A stretch of 64,000 bases of DNA, taken from contig JAFVGK010000121.1 of assembly GCA_017475035.1 (NCBI GenBank), forward strand, positions 13,015 to 77,014, written 5' to 3'. The notes beneath the pieces are model-generated. The model ran no database searches and had not been told where the DNA came from. It saw only the letters and a list, made by a program, of their open reading frames with translations. How positions within the stretch are numbered: position 1 is the first letter of the stretch; every line of letters begins with the position of its first letter. The stretch comes from Blautia sp. (GTDB lineage Bacteria > Bacillota > Clostridia > Lachnospirales > Lachnospiraceae). This document shows, piece by piece, positions 17,766-26,267 of the stretch. The translations under genes were made by a program, and so were the position numbers.

Positions 17766-18914
17766 ATGGAACGGATTTTATCAGTAAATAATAGACCGGA
17801 TGAGAAAATGGAGAATCATAGATTGGAAGGAAATCATGTCCTGGAGGTGAATCATCTTTGCACCAGCTTTTTCACACAAAAAGGTGAGGTTAAGCCCGTA
17901 AACGATGTTTCACTTGTGGTACCGGCAGGGAAGATCGTAGGAATTGTAGGAGAATCCGGCTGCGGAAAGAGTATGACAGCCCGGTCTGTTATGGGACTGC
18001 TGAAATATCCGGGAAAGATCGTAAGCGGGGAAATTCTTTTAAATGGCAGAGATATTACGCATTTACCCGAAAAAGACCGGTGCAGAATCAGAGGGTCACA
18101 GATTTCCATGATCTTTCAGGAGCCTATGACCAGCCTGAATCCTGTGATGAAAGTGGGAAAACAGGTAGAAGAAGCTCTTCGGCTTCATGAACATATCTCA
18201 AAAAAAGAAGCTGACAGGAGGATGCTGGAGATTTTTGAGGCAGTGGGAATCCCGGATGCCGAAAAACGCTGCAAGGCATATCCCCATCAGCTCTCCGGAG
18301 GCCTCAGGCAGCGTGTCCTGATTGCGATGGCGATGATCTGCAGCCCGGATCTTCTGATAGCCGATGAACCGACGACAGCCCTTGACGTGACGGTGGAAGC
18401 TCAGATTTTAAGGCTGATGAAGGAGCTTTGCAAAGACGGGACAAGCTTGCTTGTGATCAGCCATAATCTGGGCGTGATTGCTCAGATCTGCGATTATGTT
18501 TATGTAATGTACGCAGGCCGTATCGTGGAACAGGCGGATACCATTACGCTGTTCGACAGGCCGATGCACCCCTATACAAAAGGACTGCTTCATGCTGTAT
18601 CGGCTCTGCACCGGGATCAGGAGGTATTGGATACCATCCCCGGTGTGGTGCCGAATCTTCTCCATCTTCCGGAGGGCTGCGGTTTTTCCCCGAGATGTCG
18701 GGAATGTGAAGACCGATGCCTTAAAGAACAGCCTCTTCTGACAGAAACCGGCCCCGGACACAAGGTACGCTGCCACCTTTGTCAGAGCGCCGGGCAGGGA
18801 AAGGCGTCTTCGGAACCGATGTCCGGCGGGGAATGCCTTAAGGATACACTGCCGGCAGAAAATGGGAAAACAGCGTCTGACTCTTGCCCGATGAAAGGGG
18901 AGGAACGGAAATGA
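17766..18914 (+). CDS. Peptide ABC transporter ATPase (OppD/DppD-like)
   Basis: GESGCGKS, IFQEPMTSLNP, YPHQLSGG, ADEPTTALDV, C-terminal Cys motif GCGFSPRC...C...VRCHL. Confidence 0.92.
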   Translation: MERILSVNNRPDEKMENHRLEGNHVLEVNHLCTSFFTQKGEVKPVNDVSLVVPAGKIVGIVGESGCGKSMTARSVMGLLKYPGKIVSGEILLNGRDITHLPEKDRCRIRGSQISMIFQEPMTSLNPVMKVGKQVEEALRLHEHISKKEADRRMLEIFEAVGIPDAEKRCKAYPHQLSGGLRQRVLIAMAMICSPDLLIADEPTTALDVTVEAQILRLMKELCKDGTSLLVISHNLGVIAQICDYVYVMYAGRIVEQADTITLFDRPMHPYTKGLLHAVSALHRDQEVLDTIPGVVPNLLHLPEGCGFSPRCRECEDRCLKEQPLLTETGPGHKVRCHLCQSAGQGKASSEPMSGGECLKDTLPAENGKTASDSCPMKGEERK

Positions 18915-19864
18915 GTGATATTCTGTTGGAAGCAAGGAACCTGGTAAAAGAATTTCCGGCCGGAAACGGGAAAAAAATACATGCAGTCTCGGACGTATCT
19001 CTGAAAATATATGAGGGAGAGGCTCTGGGACTCGTGGGAGAATCCGGCTGCGGAAAATCTACTCTGGGAAGGCTCCTGCTCCGTTTGATTTCCCCTGCAA
19101 AAGGAGAAGTATATGTCAGGGGAGAATGTATCTCGTCTATGCATGAAAAGGATTTTAAGAAATACAGGAGACAGATGCAGATCATTTTTCAGGATCCTTA
19201 TGCTTCCCTGGATCCACGTATGACGGTAAGGGAAATTATCGCTGAACCGCTCAGGACGTATCATGTCTGCGGAAGTAAAAAAGAGATGACCGAAAAAGTG
19301 CTGGAGCTTATGAGTGACGTAGGCGTGCCGGGGGAATTTCTTTACAGATATCCTCATCAGTTTTCCGGCGGGCAGCGCCAAAGAATCGGGATAGCAAGGG
19401 CGATAGCCATGGATCCGGCTCTGGTTGTCTGCGATGAACCTGTTTCGGCCCTGGATGTGTCGGTACAGAACCAGATTCTGAATCTGTTAAAGAAGCTCCA
19501 GAAGGAGCGTGGTCTGGCATATCTGTTTATCAGCCATGATCTGTCCGTCATCCGGCATATCTCCGACAGGGTGTGTGTCATGTTTTTGGGAAAAATCTGT
19601 GAGATGGGTCCTGTAAAGGAGATTTATGAAAACCCCCTGCATCCTTATACGAAATTTCTTCTTGACGCGATACCATTGCCTGATCCTCACAGACGAGACA
19701 GGCCCGTGGAGCTTTTGACCGGGGAAATTCCGAGTCCCAGTGATCCGCCCGGGGGCTGCCGTTTTCATACAAGATGTCCTTATGCGGTTAAACGGTGTGA
19801 AACAGAGGAACCGGTTTTGAAAGAGACACAGGGAAGGGAAGTAGCGTGTCATCTTAGAAATTGA
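18911..19864 (+). CDS. Peptide ABC transporter ATPase (OppF/DppF-like)
   Basis: GESGCGKST, FQDPYASLDPR, YPHQFSGGQRQR, CDEPVSALDV, GCRFHTRCP; ATGA overlap with oppD. Confidence 0.92.
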   Translation: MSDILLEARNLVKEFPAGNGKKIHAVSDVSLKIYEGEALGLVGESGCGKSTLGRLLLRLISPAKGEVYVRGECISSMHEKDFKKYRRQMQIIFQDPYASLDPRMTVREIIAEPLRTYHVCGSKKEMTEKVLELMSDVGVPGEFLYRYPHQFSGGQRQRIGIARAIAMDPALVVCDEPVSALDVSVQNQILNLLKKLQKERGLAYLFISHDLSVIRHISDRVCVMFLGKICEMGPVKEIYENPLHPYTKFLLDAIPLPDPHRRDRPVELLTGEIPSPSDPPGGCRFHTRCPYAVKRCETEEPVLKETQGREVACHLRN

Positions 19865-19888
19865 GTGATTCAGACGGAAAATGATGAA

Positions 19889-19940
19889 AAAAGTTTCGAG
19901 ACAGCTTTGGGTTGCTCCCATCAGCTGTCTCGAAGCTTTC
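19889..19940. terminator. Hairpin terminator between convergent oppF and GGDEF genes
   Basis: AAAGTTTCGAGACAGC...GCTGTCTCGAAGCTTT. Confidence 0.7.
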
Positions 19941-19962
19941 TTAAGCCGGGACTTCAGCTTTT

Positions 19963-21375
19963 TTATCCGCGCCTGGTTTTTCCGCTTTCTTTGTAATACT
20001 TTTCTTTCGCGGCGTACATCCGTTCATCCGAAATCTGCATGATTTCAGAAATATTTTCGGAAGGAAATTCTTTTCTCGATGTATAGCCTAACGATACGGA
20101 GAGACCGGAAACTGTTTTTCCGGACCAGGCGGAGGTCATTTCGTCGAAATTACGCAGGATATCCTCCAGCTGCTCCGGCGTTACGGTCAGCATGGCAGCG
20201 AATTCATCTCCTCCGATCCGATATACGCTGCCGTGGGATCCGAAACAGGCATTCAGACAATCCGCCGCTCCTTTGATCAATTCGTCTCCGGCGGCATGGC
20301 CCAGGGTATCATTTGCCGTTTTCAGACCATTCAGGTCGGCTGTCACGTAGACAAAGTTTTCGTCAGGCGAAGCATCCATGAGGCGGGCTTTTTCTTCCTC
20401 AAAAGCCATTCGGTTAAGAAGACCGGTTGTCTGATCCCGGAAGGAAGCGTGGGCCAGGGCTTTGGTTCGGTCCGCGATGATGCGGATAGAGACAAACAGA
20501 ATACTCATCATCAGAAGACAGAGCCCGATGTTTAAGACCAGCATGTGGATAAACTGGTTTGTCTGGGTGCTGCCGTCGCTGCGAATAACAAGGAACCATC
20601 CTAGTCTGTCAATATATTTTGATATGGAAAAGCCATTCCAGCCTTGTCTTTCATAATTATATTCTTCATTTTTTATAAGCTTTACATCCGAAAGAACAGT
20701 GTTTTCGATCAGACTTTCATTTGTATCTACCTGAATCAGCCCATCGGTGTCGATGAGGTTGATTTTTACCTGATATGCATTTTCGAGTTCATGAAACAAA
20801 GCCTGGCTTTTTTTCATGTGGACGCCGACCCCGCACACTCCAAGCAGAGTACCGTTGTCCGATTCAATTCTGGCATTTACAAATACGGTCCAGGCGTTGG
20901 CGTTCAGTTCGTCTCTGTCTACGTCAACATTATATGGTATATTCTGTGACAGGAATGCAGGATACCATTGGTCATGGTAATCATTCTCCAGATCCAGCGT
21001 CTTGCCCAGCCCATTGTAGGAGTAGTAGATATGACTGTAATCGGAAATGACAAAAGCGGATTCATAATCCAGTCCTTCTCTTAAGCCTGACAGGTAGTCG
21101 GCCATCAGATCTGTTGTCTCCTCATTGCTGCGGCTTGCTTCATTTTCAAGAATAGAAATCAAAAAACGGTCATGTGACATTGTCCTGGAAACGACGATGG
21201 GTTCTGATAATTCACTGCTGATGGTATCGTATATCTGCGCGGCTAAAGCTTTGTTTAATTCCTGCATGCTTTGTCTCGTCATGTGGCGAAGCGACCACAG
21301 TGAGACAAATGTTGAGACAAGAAAACATAAAAAGACGATAATCAATGCCAATCTTGTAACGTTGCTTTTGCTCAT
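19963..21375 (-). CDS. Membrane diguanylate cyclase with Cache-type sensor domain (TM-dCache-TM-GGDEF)
   Basis: DQTTGLLNR, DLNGLKTANDTLGHAAGDELI, YRIGGDEF; extracytoplasmic WYP...VFVNARI...LGVCGVG. Confidence 0.9.
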   Translation of the reverse strand: MSKSNVTRLALIIVFLCFLVSTFVSLWSLRHMTRQSMQELNKALAAQIYDTISSELSEPIVVSRTMSHDRFLISILENEASRSNEETTDLMADYLSGLREGLDYESAFVISDYSHIYYSYNGLGKTLDLENDYHDQWYPAFLSQNIPYNVDVDRDELNANAWTVFVNARIESDNGTLLGVCGVGVHMKKSQALFHELENAYQVKINLIDTDGLIQVDTNESLIENTVLSDVKLIKNEEYNYERQGWNGFSISKYIDRLGWFLVIRSDGSTQTNQFIHMLVLNIGLCLLMMSILFVSIRIIADRTKALAHASFRDQTTGLLNRMAFEEEKARLMDASPDENFVYVTADLNGLKTANDTLGHAAGDELIKGAADCLNACFGSHGSVYRIGGDEFAAMLTVTPEQLEDILRNFDEMTSAWSGKTVSGLSVSLGYTSRKEFPSENISEIMQISDERMYAAKEKYYKESGKTRRG

Positions 21376-21516
21376 GACCCACGCACCCCGTTCTGAAAAG
21401 TAAAAGGACAATATCAATTATCTGATGGAAATAATTGCAGACCCTTTTGTTGTATGAATCATATCATATTTCTGATAATCAGGTGTGACGAAAATGTGAA
21501 AAACTGGTTTTAGGAG

Positions 21517-21545
21517 TTGATAAGTTGTAACGAATGTGTTAATAT
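21517..21545 (+). promoter_or_regulatory. Putative sigma-A promoter overlapped by a TGTAAC-N5-TGTTAA direct repeat
   Basis: TTGATA-17 bp-TAATAT; direct repeat at 21526-21542. Confidence 0.45.
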
Positions 21546-21689
21546 TATATTTCGAAAAAAAGGTATTTGATGAAAGCAGCCCTGTGACGGGATTTTCAGA
21601 TTGATTTGAACAGCTGTTTACGGCTGCTGCGAGGGGCTTTTGACAGGGGGCTCAGATTAACAGATTTGCAAAGGGGAGAAGGCAAATTC

Positions 21690-24600
21690 ATGAAGAACAA
21701 ATTCACTACCAAGTATGTATGCTTTACATTGGCGACAGTGATGACGGTGGGCACATCGTCTCAATTGTATGCCTTTGACTCATATGATGACTGGGGATGG
21801 GAAGACGATACCTATGAGTTCGCCAGCGAAGAAGAAGAGTTTTATTATTATAACCCGTTTTATGGGGTAGATGACGGTCTTGTGCCCCCTCCGGATTATG
21901 ATCCTTACTATTATCTTGACTCTTCACATTATGCGACGCCTACGCCGATCGTTTATGTGCCGGAAGAAAATACCTACACCGGTGATGTGAGCGACTTTAC
22001 AAGTGAGCCCCGTACGATTATAGAAGATACTCCGGTGCCTACGGCAACGCCTGTTCCCACAGCGACACCGACACCTACTCCGATACCGACCAAGACACCG
22101 AAACCGACCAAGACGCCGAAGCCGACGAAGACACCAAAGCCGACGAAGACTCCCGCGCCGACAGCGACTCCTGTACCTGAAGTGACAGAGGATGCGGAGA
22201 TTACACCGGATCCGGGCGTGGTACTGGACATTACTCCGACGCCGGGGGTATCGCAGGACGTAACGCCTGCACCGGAAGTGGTGCTTGACGTAACGCCTAC
22301 ACCGGGAGTGGTTCTGGATGTGACACCTACACCGGGAGTGGTATTGGATGCAACGCCTACGCCGGGAGTGGTATTGGACGTAACGCCTACGCCGGGAGTG
22401 GTTTTGGATGTGACGCCTACGCCGGGCGTGGTGCTGGATGTAACGCCTACGCCGGGCGTGGTGCTGGATGTAACGCCTACGCCGGGGGTAGTATTGGATG
22501 TTACACCGACACCGGCAGGGGAAGGAGAGATCGAGGCAACGCCAACGCCCGGTACAGAGGTTACACCTACACCACAGGCAGAGCTTTCTCAGTCCCCGAC
22601 GCCGACGGTATTGCAGACGGCTACGCCGACTCCTACCGTGACGCCTGCGGTGACATCGACTGTGACACCGACCGTTACGATCACCCCGTCAGCAACTCCG
22701 TCAGCAACCCCGACAGCGACACCGACGGCAACTCCATCGCCGACAGCATCTCCGAGTCCGACGCCGACGACGCCGATTGCTCTCAGAGGCGAGGTTACAA
22801 GGGTTGATTATACGACATCCATGCCATCGAACCTGCATGCAGGCAAGGAGTTCTATCTGAAGAGTCTGAAGGATGTATATCATCTCAGCTTTTCGGATGA
22901 TTTCGAAGAGGTCATGGATCAGATTGAGCAGGAGTACAGGGAAAAGATGGGATTGAACCAGCTTGCGGCAGCTCTTGCAAATCCGGAAACAGACAAAGCG
23001 GGCTTATCCGGTTACGGACAAGACACAGCGATACAGGCTGATGCATTGGACGAGCCTGCTGCAGCCCTTACCTTGGATGAAGAGCATACCGTTGCCGAAA
23101 CGACGGGAACATCAGGCGGCATTAAGGTCGTTTTAGATGAAGACCGCTCTTCCTGTGCCGGCTTCCAAAGTACCGCCCTGGTTTTGGATGAAGATAAAAC
23201 GCCAACAGCTGGTACCGTGAAGACGAATGACAGTCGGGCTGAGACAGACCGGGAAAAGACGACGGCTGCGGAGAAGCAGGCATCCCTGGATGAGATCCTG
23301 GAGGGGTTCGAGAGCAAGCCTGTCGAGCTGGAGGGACTTCGTTCCAGAAACTGGCAGGATGTCCTGGCGATTTATGTTTATGAACAGAATAAAAAGGGTA
23401 AACGGGAGTTTACTTTAAGCAAAGCCGCAAAGCCTGAGCTTGCAAATATTTTTGCATATTTAAATCCTGTTGAAGGTACGGGAAAAGATACCCATTATGC
23501 AAATTATCACATTAACCATTATATCCGGGATAAACAGATAGCAAGAAACGACCGGGAACTGCTGAAAAAGTATACCGAGCAGGACTGCGCTTTACTGTGT
23601 TCAACCGTTACGGCTGCCAAGGGTTTCATTCGTGAAAGCGTCGGAGATAATGTCTCAGAGGAGCGCGTTGATGTCATCGCGGCCGCCTATTCGCTTGTTG
23701 GTAAGGTCGGATATTTCTGGGGCGGCAAATCCACGGTGATCGGCGAGGATCCGAGCTGGGGTACCGTGGCACGCGTATCTGCCTCCGGGAGTAATTCTTC
23801 GGGAACACTTCGCGCCTATGGATTGGACTGCAGTGGCTTTGTTACCTGGGCGGTCATTAACGGATACGAAGACGAATCCATGCTTTCCGCTGTCGGCAAC
23901 GGGACGACAGAGCAGTGGGAAAAGGCCAATATTGTTGCCGAAAAAGACGCGCAGCCCGGAGATTTCGTTTTCCAGAGGGGACCTGAGGCAGGAAGCGATA
24001 ATCATGTCGGGATCCTTGTCGGCAAGACGGAGTCCGGTGACTGGATTGCCGTACATTGTTCATCGGGACAAAATGGCGTAACCGTAGGTGAAGCTTACAG
24101 CGCAAGCTTCCGTTACATCAGAGAACCTTCCTTCTATCCTGATAAGATTGAGCCGGATCAGCCGATGATGCATGAGGATATTGACAGGATTGAGGTAAAT
24201 GAACAGCATAGCGCGGATTATGCGGACATTATGATTTCTGACGGAGACACGATTGATCCACAGGCAGAGTTTTTCAGCAGTGATACCAGACAGGCTCTGG
24301 ACGCATACCTTGAAAATGAGGATCTTTTCTCTATCATTCTGGATGAAGACGAGACGGACATCGCACCCGGCAGTGAAGAGGAATTATTCAGTTCAACGCC
24401 GTCATCAACGGGGACTTCGGATGAGATCGTTTTCTATGACGGAAATGAAAATCATGGTCCTGCTGTTACACTGGATGAGGATATTCCTGCATTCCAGGTT
24501 GTATTGGATGGAGAAGGCCGGACACCGGAGCTTGCTTTTGAGGAAAATAATGATACCCTGTTCGGTGGAGAAACCACGGAATCCGAGGAAAACAGTGGTT

Positions 24601-25319
24601 TACCCGACGGAGATTTCACAGATTCTGCAGAGGGGATTTTCACAGGCAATGAATCGACGATCCATGTCGCTCTGGATGATGACAGGCAGCCCTTTGTGAT
24701 TCAGCTGGACGAAGATGTTTTCACATCCGATACGGCTGCTGCATTGCCGCTGGCCAGCCTTCCTTTCATTGGTCCTGTACGTCCTGAAGGACAGGCTCAG
24801 GAAGGAACCGTGCCGGATGAAGCGGGGACAGCCGCAGTTGTTCAGGAACAGGAGATTGCTCATTTTGAGCTTGTGCCGGCGCCAGACTTTACATCCGGCG
24901 ATGCGGCGAAGTCTGTGGAAGAGCAGCCAATATATGCACAAAGAAAAGCTGATGTGGATATGGCAGCAGAATTTATGCCTGCAGAGAACGGTTTTTCTTC
25001 TGACTTTACCTCAGGCAATGACGACATGGTGTCACTGGATGAGGCATGGAATAACTTTTCAAGGGAAATCATGGTTATTCTGGATGATGAGTCCTTTACA
25101 GCCGGGAATACCGAGAAGGCGCCTATGCTGGTTCTGGACGATGACAGTTTAGGAGAAGAAAAAACCCTTACATCTTTCTCATCCTCAGACAGTGTCAGAC
25201 AGTCTGAAAAGAAAAAGAAAACCCGGACAAACAGTACCGGATCCGAAAAAAAACGTTCGGGCACAGCGGATGTATTTACGAGTGAAGTGCTGGGACCGGT
25301 ATATCAGCCGGGAAAGTAA
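21690..25319 (+). CDS. Secreted NlpC/P60 (C40) peptidoglycan endopeptidase with long Thr/Pro-rich and acidic low-complexity regions
   Basis: Signal peptide from MKNKF; YFWGG...GLDCSGFVTWA...PGDFVF...HVGI...VHCSS catalytic Cys-His-His. ATG 21690 follows AAGGGGAG. Confidence 0.88.
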   Translation: MKNKFTTKYVCFTLATVMTVGTSSQLYAFDSYDDWGWEDDTYEFASEEEEFYYYNPFYGVDDGLVPPPDYDPYYYLDSSHYATPTPIVYVPEENTYTGDVSDFTSEPRTIIEDTPVPTATPVPTATPTPTPIPTKTPKPTKTPKPTKTPKPTKTPAPTATPVPEVTEDAEITPDPGVVLDITPTPGVSQDVTPAPEVVLDVTPTPGVVLDVTPTPGVVLDATPTPGVVLDVTPTPGVVLDVTPTPGVVLDVTPTPGVVLDVTPTPGVVLDVTPTPAGEGEIEATPTPGTEVTPTPQAELSQSPTPTVLQTATPTPTVTPAVTSTVTPTVTITPSATPSATPTATPTATPSPTASPSPTPTTPIALRGEVTRVDYTTSMPSNLHAGKEFYLKSLKDVYHLSFSDDFEEVMDQIEQEYREKMGLNQLAAALANPETDKAGLSGYGQDTAIQADALDEPAAALTLDEEHTVAETTGTSGGIKVVLDEDRSSCAGFQSTALVLDEDKTPTAGTVKTNDSRAETDREKTTAAEKQASLDEILEGFESKPVELEGLRSRNWQDVLAIYVYEQNKKGKREFTLSKAAKPELANIFAYLNPVEGTGKDTHYANYHINHYIRDKQIARNDRELLKKYTEQDCALLCSTVTAAKGFIRESVGDNVSEERVDVIAAAYSLVGKVGYFWGGKSTVIGEDPSWGTVARVSASGSNSSGTLRAYGLDCSGFVTWAVINGYEDESMLSAVGNGTTEQWEKANIVAEKDAQPGDFVFQRGPEAGSDNHVGILVGKTESGDWIAVHCSSGQNGVTVGEAYSASFRYIREPSFYPDKIEPDQPMMHEDIDRIEVNEQHSADYADIMISDGDTIDPQAEFFSSDTRQALDAYLENEDLFSIILDEDETDIAPGSEEELFSSTPSSTGTSDEIVFYDGNENHGPAVTLDEDIPAFQVVLDGEGRTPELAFEENNDTLFGGETTESEENSGLPDGDFTDSAEGIFTGNESTIHVALDDDRQPFVIQLDEDVFTSDTAAALPLASLPFIGPVRPEGQAQEGTVPDEAGTAAVVQEQEIAHFELVPAPDFTSGDAAKSVEEQPIYAQRKADVDMAAEFMPAENGFSSDFTSGNDDMVSLDEAWNNFSREIMVILDDESFTAGNTEKAPMLVLDDDSLGEEKTLTSFSSSDSVRQSEKKKKTRTNSTGSEKKRSGTADVFTSEVLGPVYQPGK
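22040..22515 (+). repeat. Intragenic tandem repeats: 18-bp (PTKTPK) x ~4 and 30-bp (VTPTPGVVLD) x ~10
   Basis: Repeated CCGACCAAGACACCGAAA-like and GTAACGCCTACGCCGGGAGTGGTATTGGAC-like units with mostly synonymous variation. Confidence 0.9.
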
Positions 25320-25356
25320 TGTGAGAACGTAGTAAACGGTTACTTTGAAGAGCATC

Positions 25357-25409
25357 GGATAAAAAAACGGAAAGCCCCTGAAATATAAGGGCTTTCCGTT
25401 TTTTTATCC
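25357..25409. terminator. Bidirectional terminator between nlpC and pduL
   Basis: GGATAAAAAAACGGAAAGCCC...GGGCTTTCCGTTTTTTTATCC. Confidence 0.85.
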
Positions 25410-25470
25410 CGGATCCGCTCAAAGAGAGAGGCCATCTGTTGCTGACGGGCGGTGAATGTTGCCCTGTGCA

Positions 25471-26109
25471 CTATCGTTGAATCCCGGTGAGAACCTCTTC
25501 GATCCACATATCGGTATTGTAATTTTCATCAAACAGCTTGACAATCACTCCAAAGGGATCCGCGTCAGAAGAAAACGCATTGGCTTCATCGGTATCGACG
25601 TGCATCGCAAGCCGGAAATTCCAGCTTACGCGAACGACGACATCGGCATAGATTAACGCGCGTCCATAGCTCTTTGTCAGGACAAAAACCTCCTGATTGT
25701 CTTTTACCTTGAGAGTGATGGCATCTGCCGGAGTCATATGGATATGACGTTTGGCAACGATCACGCCCTGGGGCAGGACCAGTTCCCCGCACGGCCCTAT
25801 GAGGGTGCACCCCGGTGTCCCTTTGATATCGCCTGACTGGCGTATGATGCCGGGTATGCCGGCCTTGCGGGTATCTGTGAGTGACAGCTCGACCTGGGAT
25901 TCTTTTCGGAAGGGTCCCAGAATCGCCATGTTTTCGAAGTTGTCCCGGGGACCTTTGACAGTGAGCCGTTCTTCACACAGATATTGTCCCGGCTGGCTCA
26001 GCTCTTTTATATAGTGCAGCTCTTTGTTGTCTCCGAACAGATAATGAAAATCTGCTTCCGACAGATGAATGTGTCGGGCTGAGGTTTCGATCGGGATCTT
26101 CGTACTCAT
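25471..26109 (-). CDS. pduL: PduL-type phosphate acyltransferase
   Basis: SARHIHLS, ELSQPGQY, ILGPFR, QVELSLTD, VAKRHIHM, MHVDTDEANA. Confidence 0.92.
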   Translation of the reverse strand: MSTKIPIETSARHIHLSEADFHYLFGDNKELHYIKELSQPGQYLCEERLTVKGPRDNFENMAILGPFRKESQVELSLTDTRKAGIPGIIRQSGDIKGTPGCTLIGPCGELVLPQGVIVAKRHIHMTPADAITLKVKDNQEVFVLTKSYGRALIYADVVVRVSWNFRLAMHVDTDEANAFSSDADPFGVIVKLFDENYNTDMWIEEVLTGIQR

Positions 26110-26267
26110 GTGAATGTGCCTTTCTATAGATGGATTGTATTTTTATGAGAATTGAGGTATACTGTATGGGTATCAAATACAACGGCAAGCAAGAGTTTTC
26201 CGGCTGATACGCCTGCCCCATCATAACACAGAAAACTTAGAAGCACAAATAAAAAAGGTGAGATGGT

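Noticed and set aside
22200-22515. 30-bp tandem repeats as a CRISPR array
   Set aside because: Head-to-tail units without spacers, in-frame, varying mainly at synonymous positions; a coding repeat.
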